DNA from: an uncultured Vibrio sp. | GTDB taxonomy: Bacteria > Pseudomonadota > Gammaproteobacteria > Enterobacterales > Vibrionaceae | Direction: 5' to 3' | DNA: 64,000 nucleotides | Assembly (NCBI GenBank): GCA_965140755.1 | Contig: OZ223360.1 | Coordinates: 13,280 to 77,279 of the forward strand | Part shown: one piece after another, positions 9,847 through 17,929 of the stretch | Position numbering within the stretch: position 1 is the stretch's first letter | How the letters are laid out: each line of letters starts with the position of its first letter | Made by a program: the position numbers and the translations under genes | Notes under the pieces: generated by a model | Told to the model about the DNA's origin: nothing | Databases searched by the model: none | Seen by the model: the letters and a program-made list of their open reading frames with translations, nothing else

Positions 9847-10256
9847 CGGACAAATGATCAAGGTGTGCTCTTGATCATTTGTCCGAGTTAGAACCGAGTA
9901 ATGAAAGCATGATCAAGGAAAACGACGGGATAGCTTAAGTGAACAAAGGTCAGGCTAAGCGATCAAACTCACGGAAAAATGATCAAGTGAACAGTTTTCC
10001 CGGAAGCATGCTTTTTATCCGCTATTTTACGGGCGAATGCAGACATGCTGGGACATTCAGAGAAAAGGGCTCGGAACGATGAAATGAAAACATTGAATTT
10101 GTTAAGTTCAACTATGATGATCATGCTTCCTATATTTTGCGTAGGTAGAGTATTTACAGGCCTGAGATTGAAATGTGATGAGTTTTTCAACACATGAATA
10201 ATTTACCAGCAAAATTAGACTTTAATCTGACATCATAGTTAAGCTTGATCATTGTT
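9847..10256. repeat. incII control-region iterons (11/12-mers with GATC core) in both orientations
   Basis: TGATCA-core iterons at about 9855, 9872, 9905-9915 (reverse TGATCATGCTT), 9980, 10118-10128 (TGATCATGCTT) and 10246-10256. Confidence 0.8.
10001..10039 (+). promoter_or_regulatory. Central 39-mer RctB-binding site
   Basis: CGGAAGCATG (the A-box as recalled from the V. cholerae 39-mer) + 19-bp spacer + CGGGCGAATG. Confidence 0.75.
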
Positions 10257-10323
10257 CCGGGGTAAAGTGGTTCATAAAAATCACGTTAAAAACACTTTGG
10301 TCGATCAAACAAACGTTGATTTC

Positions 10324-10332
10324 TGTGGATAA
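10324..10332 (-). promoter_or_regulatory. DnaA box of oriCII
   Basis: TGTGGATAA is the reverse complement of the consensus TTATCCACA, immediately before the iteron array. Confidence 0.9.
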
Positions 10333-10346
10333 CCTGTACAAATCAC

Positions 10347-10473
10347 ATGATCATCGTTTCAAGAACATTTTGATCATCTTTTCAGAAGCTTAATGATCAT
10401 GCTTACCAGAGAATGTGATCATGCTTTCAACATATTGTTGATCATCGTTTCGTGATAACCATGATCATAGATC
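10347..10473 (+). repeat. oriCII-min array of six 12-mer iterons
   Basis: TGATCAT cores at 10348, 10371, 10394, 10416, 10439, 10462 (spacing 23, 23, 22, 23, 23 bp); each contains a Dam GATC. Confidence 0.95.
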
Positions 10474-10501
10474 CAAAAGGGTATGTAGAAGTTACCTTTA
10501 A

Positions 10502-10514
10502 TAACAACACGTTA
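10502..10514 (+). promoter_or_regulatory. IHF-like binding site in oriCII
   Basis: TAACAACACGTTA vs consensus WATCAANNNNTTR (one mismatch), between the iterons and the AT-rich region as expected. Confidence 0.6.
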
Positions 10515-10529
10515 CAAAGGATTAAAACG

Positions 10530-10632
10530 CCAGATCATTAGATCATATAATCAATTAAGATCATAATAATCAAAAAGATCAGTTATTTAAAAAAAGAGAT
10601 TTTTTCTTTATTTATGATCTGATTTTCTTTAT
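10530..10632. other. AT-rich DNA unwinding element of oriCII
   Basis: Very AT-rich tract with repeated AGATCA/ATCA motifs between the IHF-like site and the rctB promoter. Confidence 0.8.
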
Positions 10633-10635
10633 TCT

Positions 10636-10664
10636 TCGGAACCATAGCACAACTACGGCTAGTG
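10636..10664 (+). promoter_or_regulatory. 29-mer RctB autorepression site at the rctB promoter
   Basis: TCGGAACCATAGCACAACTACGGCTAGTG, 15 bp before the rctB ATG; resembles the V. cholerae 29-mer (a shortened 39-mer) as recalled. Confidence 0.7.
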
Positions 10665-10679
10665 TGACCTGGATCTAAA

Positions 10680-12650
10680 ATGACAGCTGATGAAAAAATT
10701 CTGATTAAAGCACCGAGAAGTCACAAAGATGGGCATCTTTTTGAAGTGCACGAATCTTCTGCAGATTGGGTAGAACAATACCAACACTTCAAAGGGGTGA
10801 CCAAAAGTATCTTAGAATTGCTTAATCTGATCTCATTGAGAGGTTTCAGCAGTAAAGATGGGCTCGTATCAACCACTGAAATTGTTGAAGCCACAGATGG
10901 TCATTTGACGCGAGCGGCACTTCAACAGCGTTTGCGAGCAGCTGTGAACATTGGTTTGTTTACTCAAACCCCAGTTCGTTTTGAAGAAGGATTGGCGGGA
11001 AAAACCATGCTACACAAGTTTGTTAACCCCAATAAGCTTATTTCCGCTTTGGGTGCAACGAGCTTAGTCACCGAAAAAGTCCGTCAGAATGAAAAACAAA
11101 AGCGCTCAAAGGCACTAGCACAGACACAAGTAAACAAACGCTTGCTGACCGAACATGGCTTAAATACCCCCCCAACGATGAAAGATGAAGCGGATCAGTT
11201 TGTCGTCTCTCCAACTAATTGGGCAGGGATCATCGATCAAGCACTGGCGCCACCACGCACACGCAAAAGCTATCAAAAATCTATGGTTTCTATTTCTGGC
11301 ACGAAAGCAGTGATAGAAACACGATCTTCAAAAAATATCATGACAGTGGATGATCTGATGACCTTGTTTGCTCTGTTTACCTTAACCGTGCAATACCATG
11401 ATCATCACAAAGATCAGTACCAGCTTGATGCCGCTCATGTACCAAACAAAACACCGCTGTATATTACCGATATCCTTTCGTTACGCGGCAAAAAGGACAG
11501 TGGACCGGCGCGCGATTCCATTCGGGACAGCATCGATAGAATTGAGTTTACCGACTTCCAGTTACATGAACTAACAGGCCGTTGGTTGAGCGAAAATATG
11601 CCGGAAGGTTTTAAAAGTGATCGATTCCGTTTTCTCGCTCGAACGATCACGGCGTCAGAAGAAGCTCCTGTTGAAGGTAGCGATGGAGAGATCCGGATTA
11701 AACCCAATTTGTATATATTGGTTTGGGAACCGTCGTTTTATGAGGAGCTACTCACCCGCGATTATTTCTTCCTATTTCCACCAGAGATTCTGAAACAGCA
11801 TACTTTAGTGTTTCAGATGTATTCATTTTTTCGGAGCCGTATGGTTCGGCGCCATACCGATTGCATGTTGCTTAGTGAATTGAATCAGAAGTTAGCGCGC
11901 AACATTGAATGGCGCCGATTTTCCATGGATCTTATTCGGGAGCTGAAGCGATTGTCTGATGGAAAAGGGACAGAAGATCTTTTTATCGTTAATTTATGGG
12001 GTTATCACCTGACGATCGAAACCATGATCGAGAATGGAAAGATCAAGGATTATCAGATCGATATCAAGTGTGATGTTGAGGAAGTTTTACGCTACTCACG
12101 TGCTCGTACCACGAACGCAGGTAAGCGTAACATGGCTCCTACGTTACCAAACCCACTTCGTAATGAGATGGTAAGCAGACAACAGCTAGAAGAGCTCTCA
12201 GGCATCATTGACGGCGAATTTGAGCCTATTCAGCGTAAAGCACCGTCTCCTCGCGGGAATTTAGGGCGCAGGATCAAGCAAAGAAAGCACCTGGTCGAGA
12301 TTAATGCAGATGAAATTACCATTACTCTATCCAAGTATACCTCACCAGAGGCTCTGGAACGCAGTGTAACGGCGTTATCTGCAATGACAGGGCATTCGTA
12401 TGCTTCGATTAAAGAAGAGTGTTCTGAGTACATTGAGAAGCTTGACTGGTTAAGAGTTGGAGATGAACCTCTACCCTACGAGACACTGAGTAAGACCGTA
12501 GAACTGTTCAACACACAAAATGATCTAAAACATCTTACTATTGAGCGTCTAATTGCAGGTTTAGCGGTTCGTCGCAAGGTCTGTAGACAAATCTATGATG
12601 GTCATATGGATGAAATGGTATACCGCGCACTTGATGAAATGGCCATTTAA
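10680..12650 (+). CDS. rctB: Chromosome II replication initiator RctB
   Basis: 656 aa; N-terminus ILIKAPRSHKDGHLFEV; position next to the iteron origin and divergent from parAB2. Confidence 0.95.
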   Translation: MTADEKILIKAPRSHKDGHLFEVHESSADWVEQYQHFKGVTKSILELLNLISLRGFSSKDGLVSTTEIVEATDGHLTRAALQQRLRAAVNIGLFTQTPVRFEEGLAGKTMLHKFVNPNKLISALGATSLVTEKVRQNEKQKRSKALAQTQVNKRLLTEHGLNTPPTMKDEADQFVVSPTNWAGIIDQALAPPRTRKSYQKSMVSISGTKAVIETRSSKNIMTVDDLMTLFALFTLTVQYHDHHKDQYQLDAAHVPNKTPLYITDILSLRGKKDSGPARDSIRDSIDRIEFTDFQLHELTGRWLSENMPEGFKSDRFRFLARTITASEEAPVEGSDGEIRIKPNLYILVWEPSFYEELLTRDYFFLFPPEILKQHTLVFQMYSFFRSRMVRRHTDCMLLSELNQKLARNIEWRRFSMDLIRELKRLSDGKGTEDLFIVNLWGYHLTIETMIENGKIKDYQIDIKCDVEEVLRYSRARTTNAGKRNMAPTLPNPLRNEMVSRQQLEELSGIIDGEFEPIQRKAPSPRGNLGRRIKQRKHLVEINADEITITLSKYTSPEALERSVTALSAMTGHSYASIKEECSEYIEKLDWLRVGDEPLPYETLSKTVELFNTQNDLKHLTIERLIAGLAVRRKVCRQIYDGHMDEMVYRALDEMAI

Positions 12651-12824
12651 TATCAAGTCGTTGTATGCACCGAGACCGATTAATGTGACTCATTGATTTT
12701 AAATGTAAATATATGTTTCGATAATAGAAAACAGACTTAACTTTAACAAAATGATGACACAGCCTCTCTGAGTCGGGACTAAGCTTAATCCCGAATAGAC
12801 AACCTTTTGTCCTTTCTGATGATT

Positions 12825-12903
12825 AATAGATAGGCTCATATTATTGTTACATTCATTCTGAATAGACTTCGCGAGTTTCTGCTTAGGGAACTCGCTTTTT
12901 TTT
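12825..12903 (+). ncRNA. Candidate VadR-like small RNA (5' end approximate)
   Basis: Short non-coding unit downstream of rctB ending in a GCGAGTT/AACTCGC hairpin plus T8 (12871-12903). Two VxrB(WigR)-like boxes upstream (12743-12758, 12798-12813). Syntenic with V. cholerae vadR. The sRNA sequence itself was not verified. Confidence 0.5.
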
Positions 12904-13431
12904 ATCCAAAATTCAGACAGGCCTTGATCAGTTTTCCGGCTTAATGAGGTAAACCTTGATCATGCTTCCGATGTTCATATCACATCGAGATCTGATCTTG
13001 CCAAGTACTCAATTCCATTACGCTGCCTCGGTCCATTGTTTTACCAAGGGAGTTGGCTCATTTTTAACTAAGTTACCAAAAGGAAGATCTGGGTTGGGGG
13101 ATGGTCGATATGAGGCTGACGAATTCCACTGCATTAAAATCACTATTATCAGTGAAGTGACTCGAAAGTTAAGTGAAACAAAAAGAAGTTTATGGTGTAC
13201 GTTTAAAACGTCTAAGAGGAAGAAAATGAGAGCTGGATCAGCACACTTTTCTTAAGGGTAATTATTCAAATCTAATCTTAATTTGTCCCTTTGGCAAAAC
13301 TTAAATGATGTATCTATTAATGAGTTAGTGAAAGGTCGGGAGGGGTCACATTTCCCTACAGTTTTTCTTACCACACCCGATGGGGTTTGCTATAGATTAC
13401 TCATCGAAAACATGGTGTGTTCGGAGGAAAT

Positions 13432-13629
13432 ATGTCCATTAATTCTATCGACCATGAAGAAATGAGTAACATCGCTCACAAGTGGGAACTACCTGAAGAA
13501 GAATCCGTTGTGCAGCCTGACAAAACCGTGAAATCGGCAGAAGCCAGAAGACGCATTGAGGCACTTCGTGAAATCCGTGAAAGCGGTTTGACGATGGAAG
13601 AAGCCAGAGAACTGGGTTTGATTCACTGA
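13432..13629 (+). CDS. Small conserved hypothetical protein (65 aa)
   Basis: GGAGG RBS before ATG 13432; acidic helical protein ending EARRRIEALREIRESGL; terminator follows. Confidence 0.75.
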   Translation: MSINSIDHEEMSNIAHKWELPEEESVVQPDKTVKSAEARRRIEALREIRESGLTMEEARELGLIH

Positions 13630-13658
13630 TTTATCTTTGTCACCAACTCTCAATGTAT

Positions 13659-13683
13659 AGGGTAGCGCTTTGCTACCCTTTTT
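13659..13683 (+). terminator. Intrinsic terminator
   Basis: AGGGTAGC/GCTACCCT stem followed by a T-tract. Confidence 0.75.
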
Positions 13684-13805
13684 AATTTTTGGACTATCAC
13701 ATCAACGTCTATTGGTTGAACTTTAGTCAGCACTTCTCTTTTATGAAACATTCACCGGTCAATCACGTAATCAAAGCGCGCTGTCACTTTATTGAGCGAG
13801 AGCTG

Positions 13806-13818
13806 TTTACAGTGTAAA
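13806..13818. other. parS2 site
   Basis: Exact TTTACAGTGTAAA. Confidence 0.85.
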
Positions 13819-14010
13819 TGGCGTTTGCAAAACATGATGTTATCGGGTGCTCTGCAAGGGATATTTATTAGCAGCCGAACGCGTTGAAATTTGATGCGAT
13901 ATTGAACGCAGTAGTTTGAAATTGATCAAGTTAAGTGCGTTTCTATTCTCCAATTGCGAGTCGGTATGCTATAGTGCGCGGCTAGTATTTAACGTACCCT
14001 GAGGCTGTGA

Positions 14011-14220
14011 ATGTCGTTTAATCTATCCCTATTGCCGCCTGATGAAAAAAACAAAATCGAGCTGGATAAGCAAGCGTCGTTTTTGGTTTGGAAACTCAGA
14101 GAGACCAAATCGGGTCCAGAAGCAATAGATGAGCAATTGTCTAAGATTAACGATGCTGATGAAAAAGCGTTTTTCCAGCAATCGGTGGAAAAGTACAAGC
14201 GAGTAATGGGTGTCGCGTAA
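14011..14220 (+). CDS. DUF3283-like small protein (N-terminus resembles DNA Pol III theta, HolE)
   Basis: 69 aa, MSFNLSLLPPDEKNKIELDKQASFLVWK...; GAGG RBS. Confidence 0.75.
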   Translation: MSFNLSLLPPDEKNKIELDKQASFLVWKLRETKSGPEAIDEQLSKINDADEKAFFQQSVEKYKRVMGVA

Positions 14221-14357
14221 CGCGAATCGTGGCTCTGGTGTGAATCAATGCGGCGAATGAGATAACCTCCCCATTCCTCTGCAAAGCGAAAATTGAAAAG
14301 GTTTCGCTTTTTGCTAAAATCCTTCGCATTAAATTTGAATTTAGAGAGAACATCCCG

Positions 14358-15074
14358 ATGGGAAGAAGTTTTGAAGTGCGCAAAGCCTCTATGGCGAAAA
14401 CTGCAGGCGCAAAAATTAAAGTTTATTCCAAATACGGTAAAGAAATTTACATGTGTGCGAAAAATGGCGGTGCAGACCCAGACATGAACTTGTCTCTTAA
14501 GCACCTGATCGCCAAAGCGAAAAAAGACCAAGTTCCTGCACACGTTATCGACAAAGCGATTGATAAAGCGAGTGGCGGTGGCGGTGAAGATTACGCTCCT
14601 GCACGCTACGAAGGCTTTGGCCCTGGCGGTACCAGTGTGATTGTTGACTGTCTAACTGACAACGGCAACCGTACGTTCCAAGATGTACGCCAATGCTTTG
14701 TTAAAGTCGGTGCGAAAATTGGTGTTGAAGGTTCTGTATCTCACATGTTCGATCACCAAGCGGTATTCCAGTTCAAAGGCGATGATGATGAAATCATACT
14801 GGAAACGCTAATGATGGATGATGTCGATGTTACTGACGTTGAGCTGGAAGACGGCGTGATTACCGTATTTGCACCTCACACCGAGTTCTTCAAGACTAAA
14901 ACGGCGCTTAACGGCGCATTCCCAGATCTAACGATTGATGTGGAAGAAATTACTTTCGTTCCTCAAACTCAAACGCCAATCGCGGGTGAAGATGCAGAGA
15001 AATTCCAGAAGTTCTTAGATCTTCTAGATGACTGTGATGATGTTCAGCAGGTTTACCACAACGCTGAGATGTAA
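14358..15074 (+). CDS. YebC/PmpR (TACO1) family protein
   Basis: [54 protein letters not shown]. Confidence 0.93.
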   Translation: MGRSFEVRKASMAKTAGAKIKVYSKYGKEIYMCAKNGGADPDMNLSLKHLIAKAKKDQVPAHVIDKAIDKASGGGGEDYAPARYEGFGPGGTSVIVDCLTDNGNRTFQDVRQCFVKVGAKIGVEGSVSHMFDHQAVFQFKGDDDEIILETLMMDDVDVTDVELEDGVITVFAPHTEFFKTKTALNGAFPDLTIDVEEITFVPQTQTPIAGEDAEKFQKFLDLLDDCDDVQQVYHNAEM

Positions 15075-15094
15075 TTCGTTCGCGAATTCAATTG

Positions 15095-15122
15095 AAAAGG
15101 CTTCCTTCGGGAAGCCTTTTTT
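15095..15122 (+). terminator. Intrinsic terminator after yebC-like gene
   Basis: AAAAGGCTTCC-ttcg-GGAAGCCTTTTTT, cUUCGg tetraloop. Confidence 0.85.
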
Positions 15123-15172
15123 GATCGTGTCAAGAATGAGTCTGAAATCTCATTGCTTGATAGCTCAATACT

Positions 15173-15222
15173 ACCATTTATCCGTGTCAGTACCCATTCA
15201 CTCCGCAAAAAGACCGTTGGTC
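15173..15222 (+). promoter_or_regulatory. Three LytTR-type direct repeats at 20-bp period (putative operator of the downstream operon)
   Basis: ACCATTTATC (15173), CCCATTCACT (15193), ACCGTTGGTC (15213). The third is one mismatch from the AlgR box ACCGTTCGTC. Confidence 0.55.
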
Positions 15223-15296
15223 GCATACCTCGGCAGGGGAGGGCAGCTTTCCTTAATCTGAAACCATCTAACCACTTTTGATCAAGGACAGTTACC

Positions 15297-15965
15297 ATGA
15301 TGGTTTTCAATTCACACTTCGCTTCAAGATCCAAATTATTCACTACCTTGTTTATTGTTCTCGCATTGAGCAGTAGTTTCGCATTTGCCAACCCAACGGA
15401 ATCATTACTTCACCGGTTTCATCAAGCTGAACAAGGCAATTCAGACATGGTAGATAGCGTTCATGACGAGTTATCTACTCTGCTTGAGCAGCAAGGAGCA
15501 ACGCCTTTGACCTTGGTATATCTCGGTTGTACCCAAACACTGCAAGGTCGGGATGCGTTTATGCCTTGGAATAAGATGAAGTTCACTGAGCGAGGGCTCG
15601 CGACGATACAAAAAGGTTTGGATTTAATGGCCCACCAGCCACTACCCATTCAAGAGCAGCAGCGCTTACAAGGCTTACCTGAATACCTGCTAGCAACTGC
15701 GATGGCTGCGACGACTTATACTGCGCTGCCTGATATGTTCAACCAGTTCGAGCGAGGTTATGAGCTGTACCTTGCTTTGTTCAACGACCCAAGCTTCCGC
15801 CAACAGTCTTTTTCCTCCACCGCATGGATTTACCGTTACGCAATTGAGGCCGCTTTGCGCGCCGATGATACAACGCAGGCCAAAGCTTGGTTAGCGGAGA
15901 TGGAGCGCTTAGGTTATGACAATGTTGAAACGCAAGGCGCCAAGACACTGCTCGCGAAACATTAA
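15297..15965 (+). CDS. Secreted alpha-helical (TPR-like) protein of unknown function, first gene of the export operon
   Basis: Sec signal ending AFA/N; helical pattern YLGCTQTLQGRDAFMPWNKMKFTERGLATIQKGL. Confidence 0.75.
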   Translation: MMVFNSHFASRSKLFTTLFIVLALSSSFAFANPTESLLHRFHQAEQGNSDMVDSVHDELSTLLEQQGATPLTLVYLGCTQTLQGRDAFMPWNKMKFTERGLATIQKGLDLMAHQPLPIQEQQRLQGLPEYLLATAMAATTYTALPDMFNQFERGYELYLALFNDPSFRQQSFSSTAWIYRYAIEAALRADDTTQAKAWLAEMERLGYDNVETQGAKTLLAKH

Positions 15966-15974
15966 GGAACCGTT

Positions 15975-16673
15975 ATGATCACTTTCAATCAACTCAGTCG
16001 TGATTATGTGCTAGGAAACCAGACGGTTCATGCTCTGCGAAAAGTGTCAGGGGAAGTGTTTGCCGGAGAGATGCTGGCGCTGTGTGGCCCTTCTGGCTCG
16101 GGCAAAAGTACACTGTTGAATATTCTTGGCATGCTGGATACGCATTATCACGGGCAAGTGACCTTTAAAGGAAGCACGTACCCAACTGGACAGATGCAGG
16201 CCGCGAAAATGCGCCGTGAAAAGCTCGGTTTTGTATTCCAAAAATTCAATTTAGTACCAGTGATGACGGCGTTAGAGAATGTGGCCTATCCGCTGCATCT
16301 CAACGGTTTTTCCAAAGCTGAACAAACCAGGCTCGCGAGAAAAATGCTTGAACATGTGGGTCTTGAGGAATGCATTCATCATATGCCAGATAACTTGTCG
16401 GGTGGCCAGCAGCAACGTGTCGCTATTGCGCGTGCTTTGGTCCACAAACCGGCACTAGTGATTGCAGATGAACCCACCGCGAGTCTGGATAGCCAAAGCG
16501 CTAACAAGGTGATCGACATTATGAAAGGATTAGGGCACGAAATGGGCACCACCTTTATTATCGCGACCCACGACCCACGAATGGCATCCCGCTGTGATCG
16601 CACCATTGAGTTAGTGGACGGAAAGATTACTCATACTCATCAAAGTGTTGAGGAGGTTTCATGGGCAAGTTAA
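15975..16673 (+). CDS. ABC transporter ATP-binding protein (LolD/MacB-like)
   Basis: Walker A GPSGSGKST, GFVFQKFNL, LSGGQQQRVAIARAL, ADEPTASLD, ATHD. Confidence 0.92.
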   Translation: MITFNQLSRDYVLGNQTVHALRKVSGEVFAGEMLALCGPSGSGKSTLLNILGMLDTHYHGQVTFKGSTYPTGQMQAAKMRREKLGFVFQKFNLVPVMTALENVAYPLHLNGFSKAEQTRLARKMLEHVGLEECIHHMPDNLSGGQQQRVAIARALVHKPALVIADEPTASLDSQSANKVIDIMKGLGHEMGTTFIIATHDPRMASRCDRTIELVDGKITHTHQSVEEVSWAS

Positions 16674-17929
16674 TCCCAGTTTCTATTCGTCTCACGTGGC
16701 TGAACTTACAACGTAACCGGCGCCGCAGCCTGCTTTCGATACTTATTGTCGCGATTGCTGTCTTTGCCCTGGCGAGTGCGGGCGGCTTTGGCCTTTACAC
16801 CTATGATAGCTTGAAAGAGTCTACCGCGCGTGATACCGGACACTTAACCCTAACAACGCCAGGATACTTCACAAAAGAAGAAGAGGTGTCACTTAGTAAT
16901 GGACTGAGCCACGCTGATGATATTACCAACCTACTGATAGGTATTAATGAAGTACGAGGAGTACAACCGCGTGTGGAGTTCAGCGGATTGATTTCCAACG
17001 GTACCAAGTCAGCGATTTTCATCGGTATGGGCGTGAATGATCGAGAGTTCGATATGAAAGGGCCATTTCTGGATGTACGAGAAGGGCAAACGCTGTCCAA
17101 TATTCATGCTTCACGTTATGACCCGGCGGAGCCGGAAGTGATGTTAGGTGTGGATCTCGCCAGTAATCTTAGCGTGACAATCGGCGACTGGATCACCTTA
17201 CTGGCGACAACGACAGACGGAGCATTGAACGCATATGATTTCAAGGTTCGTGGTATCTACTCAACAGGCGTTCCAGAGTTAGATAAACGCCAGCTTTATG
17301 TGCATATCGACAGTGCGCAATCTTTGCTTGGTTCAGACAAAGTCAGCACGTTATCGGTCTTCTTATTCGATACCAACTTGACGGCAAAAGTCGAACAACA
17401 AGTGGCGGTGCTGCTTGCAAATCAAAAGCAGTATTTTGCTAACCAAGAAGTTGAAATCACACCATGGCAAGAACGGGCGTTCTTCTATCTCAAAGTCAAG
17501 GGGTTGTACGATCGCATCTTCGGTATCATGGGAGCGGTAATGGCGCTGGTGGTGTTTGTTGCCTTGTTCAATACCATGACCATGTCTGTTACAGAGCGTA
17601 CGCGTGAGATTGGTACTTTATCTGCATTGGGTAGCTATCCGCGCGAAATCATAGCCAGTTTCTTAAAAGAGGCGGGGCTGCTTGCTGTGCTAGGCAGCTT
17701 AATTGGTGGGCTGTTCACCGCCATTGTAACGGTCTTGTTGATGGTGATAGATGTGCAGATGCCGCCACCGCCGGGACGCACAGAAGGATATCCGCTCAAT
17801 ATTTACTTCTCGTGGGAGTTAGTTGCGCTAGCCGGTTTCGCCGTACTGATTATTTGTTTGGCTGCGGCGTTTTTCTCGGCACGCAAGGGGGTGAACAAAC
17901 CCATTACGGAGGCACTGATTTATGTTTAA
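16661..17929 (+). CDS. FtsX/LolE/MacB-type ABC permease
   Basis: N-terminal TM, large periplasmic loop, NTMTMSVTERTREIGTLSALG motif, three C-terminal TMs; overlaps the ATPase gene. Confidence 0.9.
   Translation: MGKLIPVSIRLTWLNLQRNRRRSLLSILIVAIAVFALASAGGFGLYTYDSLKESTARDTGHLTLTTPGYFTKEEEVSLSNGLSHADDITNLLIGINEVRGVQPRVEFSGLISNGTKSAIFIGMGVNDREFDMKGPFLDVREGQTLSNIHASRYDPAEPEVMLGVDLASNLSVTIGDWITLLATTTDGALNAYDFKVRGIYSTGVPELDKRQLYVHIDSAQSLLGSDKVSTLSVFLFDTNLTAKVEQQVAVLLANQKQYFANQEVEITPWQERAFFYLKVKGLYDRIFGIMGAVMALVVFVALFNTMTMSVTERTREIGTLSALGSYPREIIASFLKEAGLLAVLGSLIGGLFTAIVTVLLMVIDVQMPPPPGRTEGYPLNIYFSWELVALAGFAVLIICLAAAFFSARKGVNKPITEALIYV

Noticed and set aside
9969-10193. 74-aa ORF inside the origin control region (and 9585-9770)
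   Set aside because: They overlap iterons, the 39-mer and parS2, have no recognisable domain or clear RBS, and are better explained as incII/rctA DNA.
10347-10473. Regularly spaced short repeats resembling a mini-CRISPR array
   Set aside because: The period is only 22-23 bp, the repeats are GATC-containing 12-mers next to a DnaA box and rctB, and there are no cas genes. These are replication iterons.
7255-12650. Plasmid or prophage replicon (P1-like parAB + iterons + initiator)
   Set aside because: The initiator is RctB, the flanks are ordinary Vibrio chrII genes, and no mobility, phage or integrase genes are present.
12956-13465. ORFs 12956-13255 and 13283-13465 downstream of rctB
   Set aside because: TTG starts without a clear RBS and no domain signal; the first starts inside an iteron and the second overlaps the real 13432 gene out of frame.
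13989-14543. 184-aa antisense ORF over the DUF3283-like and yebC genes, representative of many antisense or out-of-frame ORFs in the track
   Set aside because: These are shadows of well-supported genes on the other strand or frame, with no motifs of their own.
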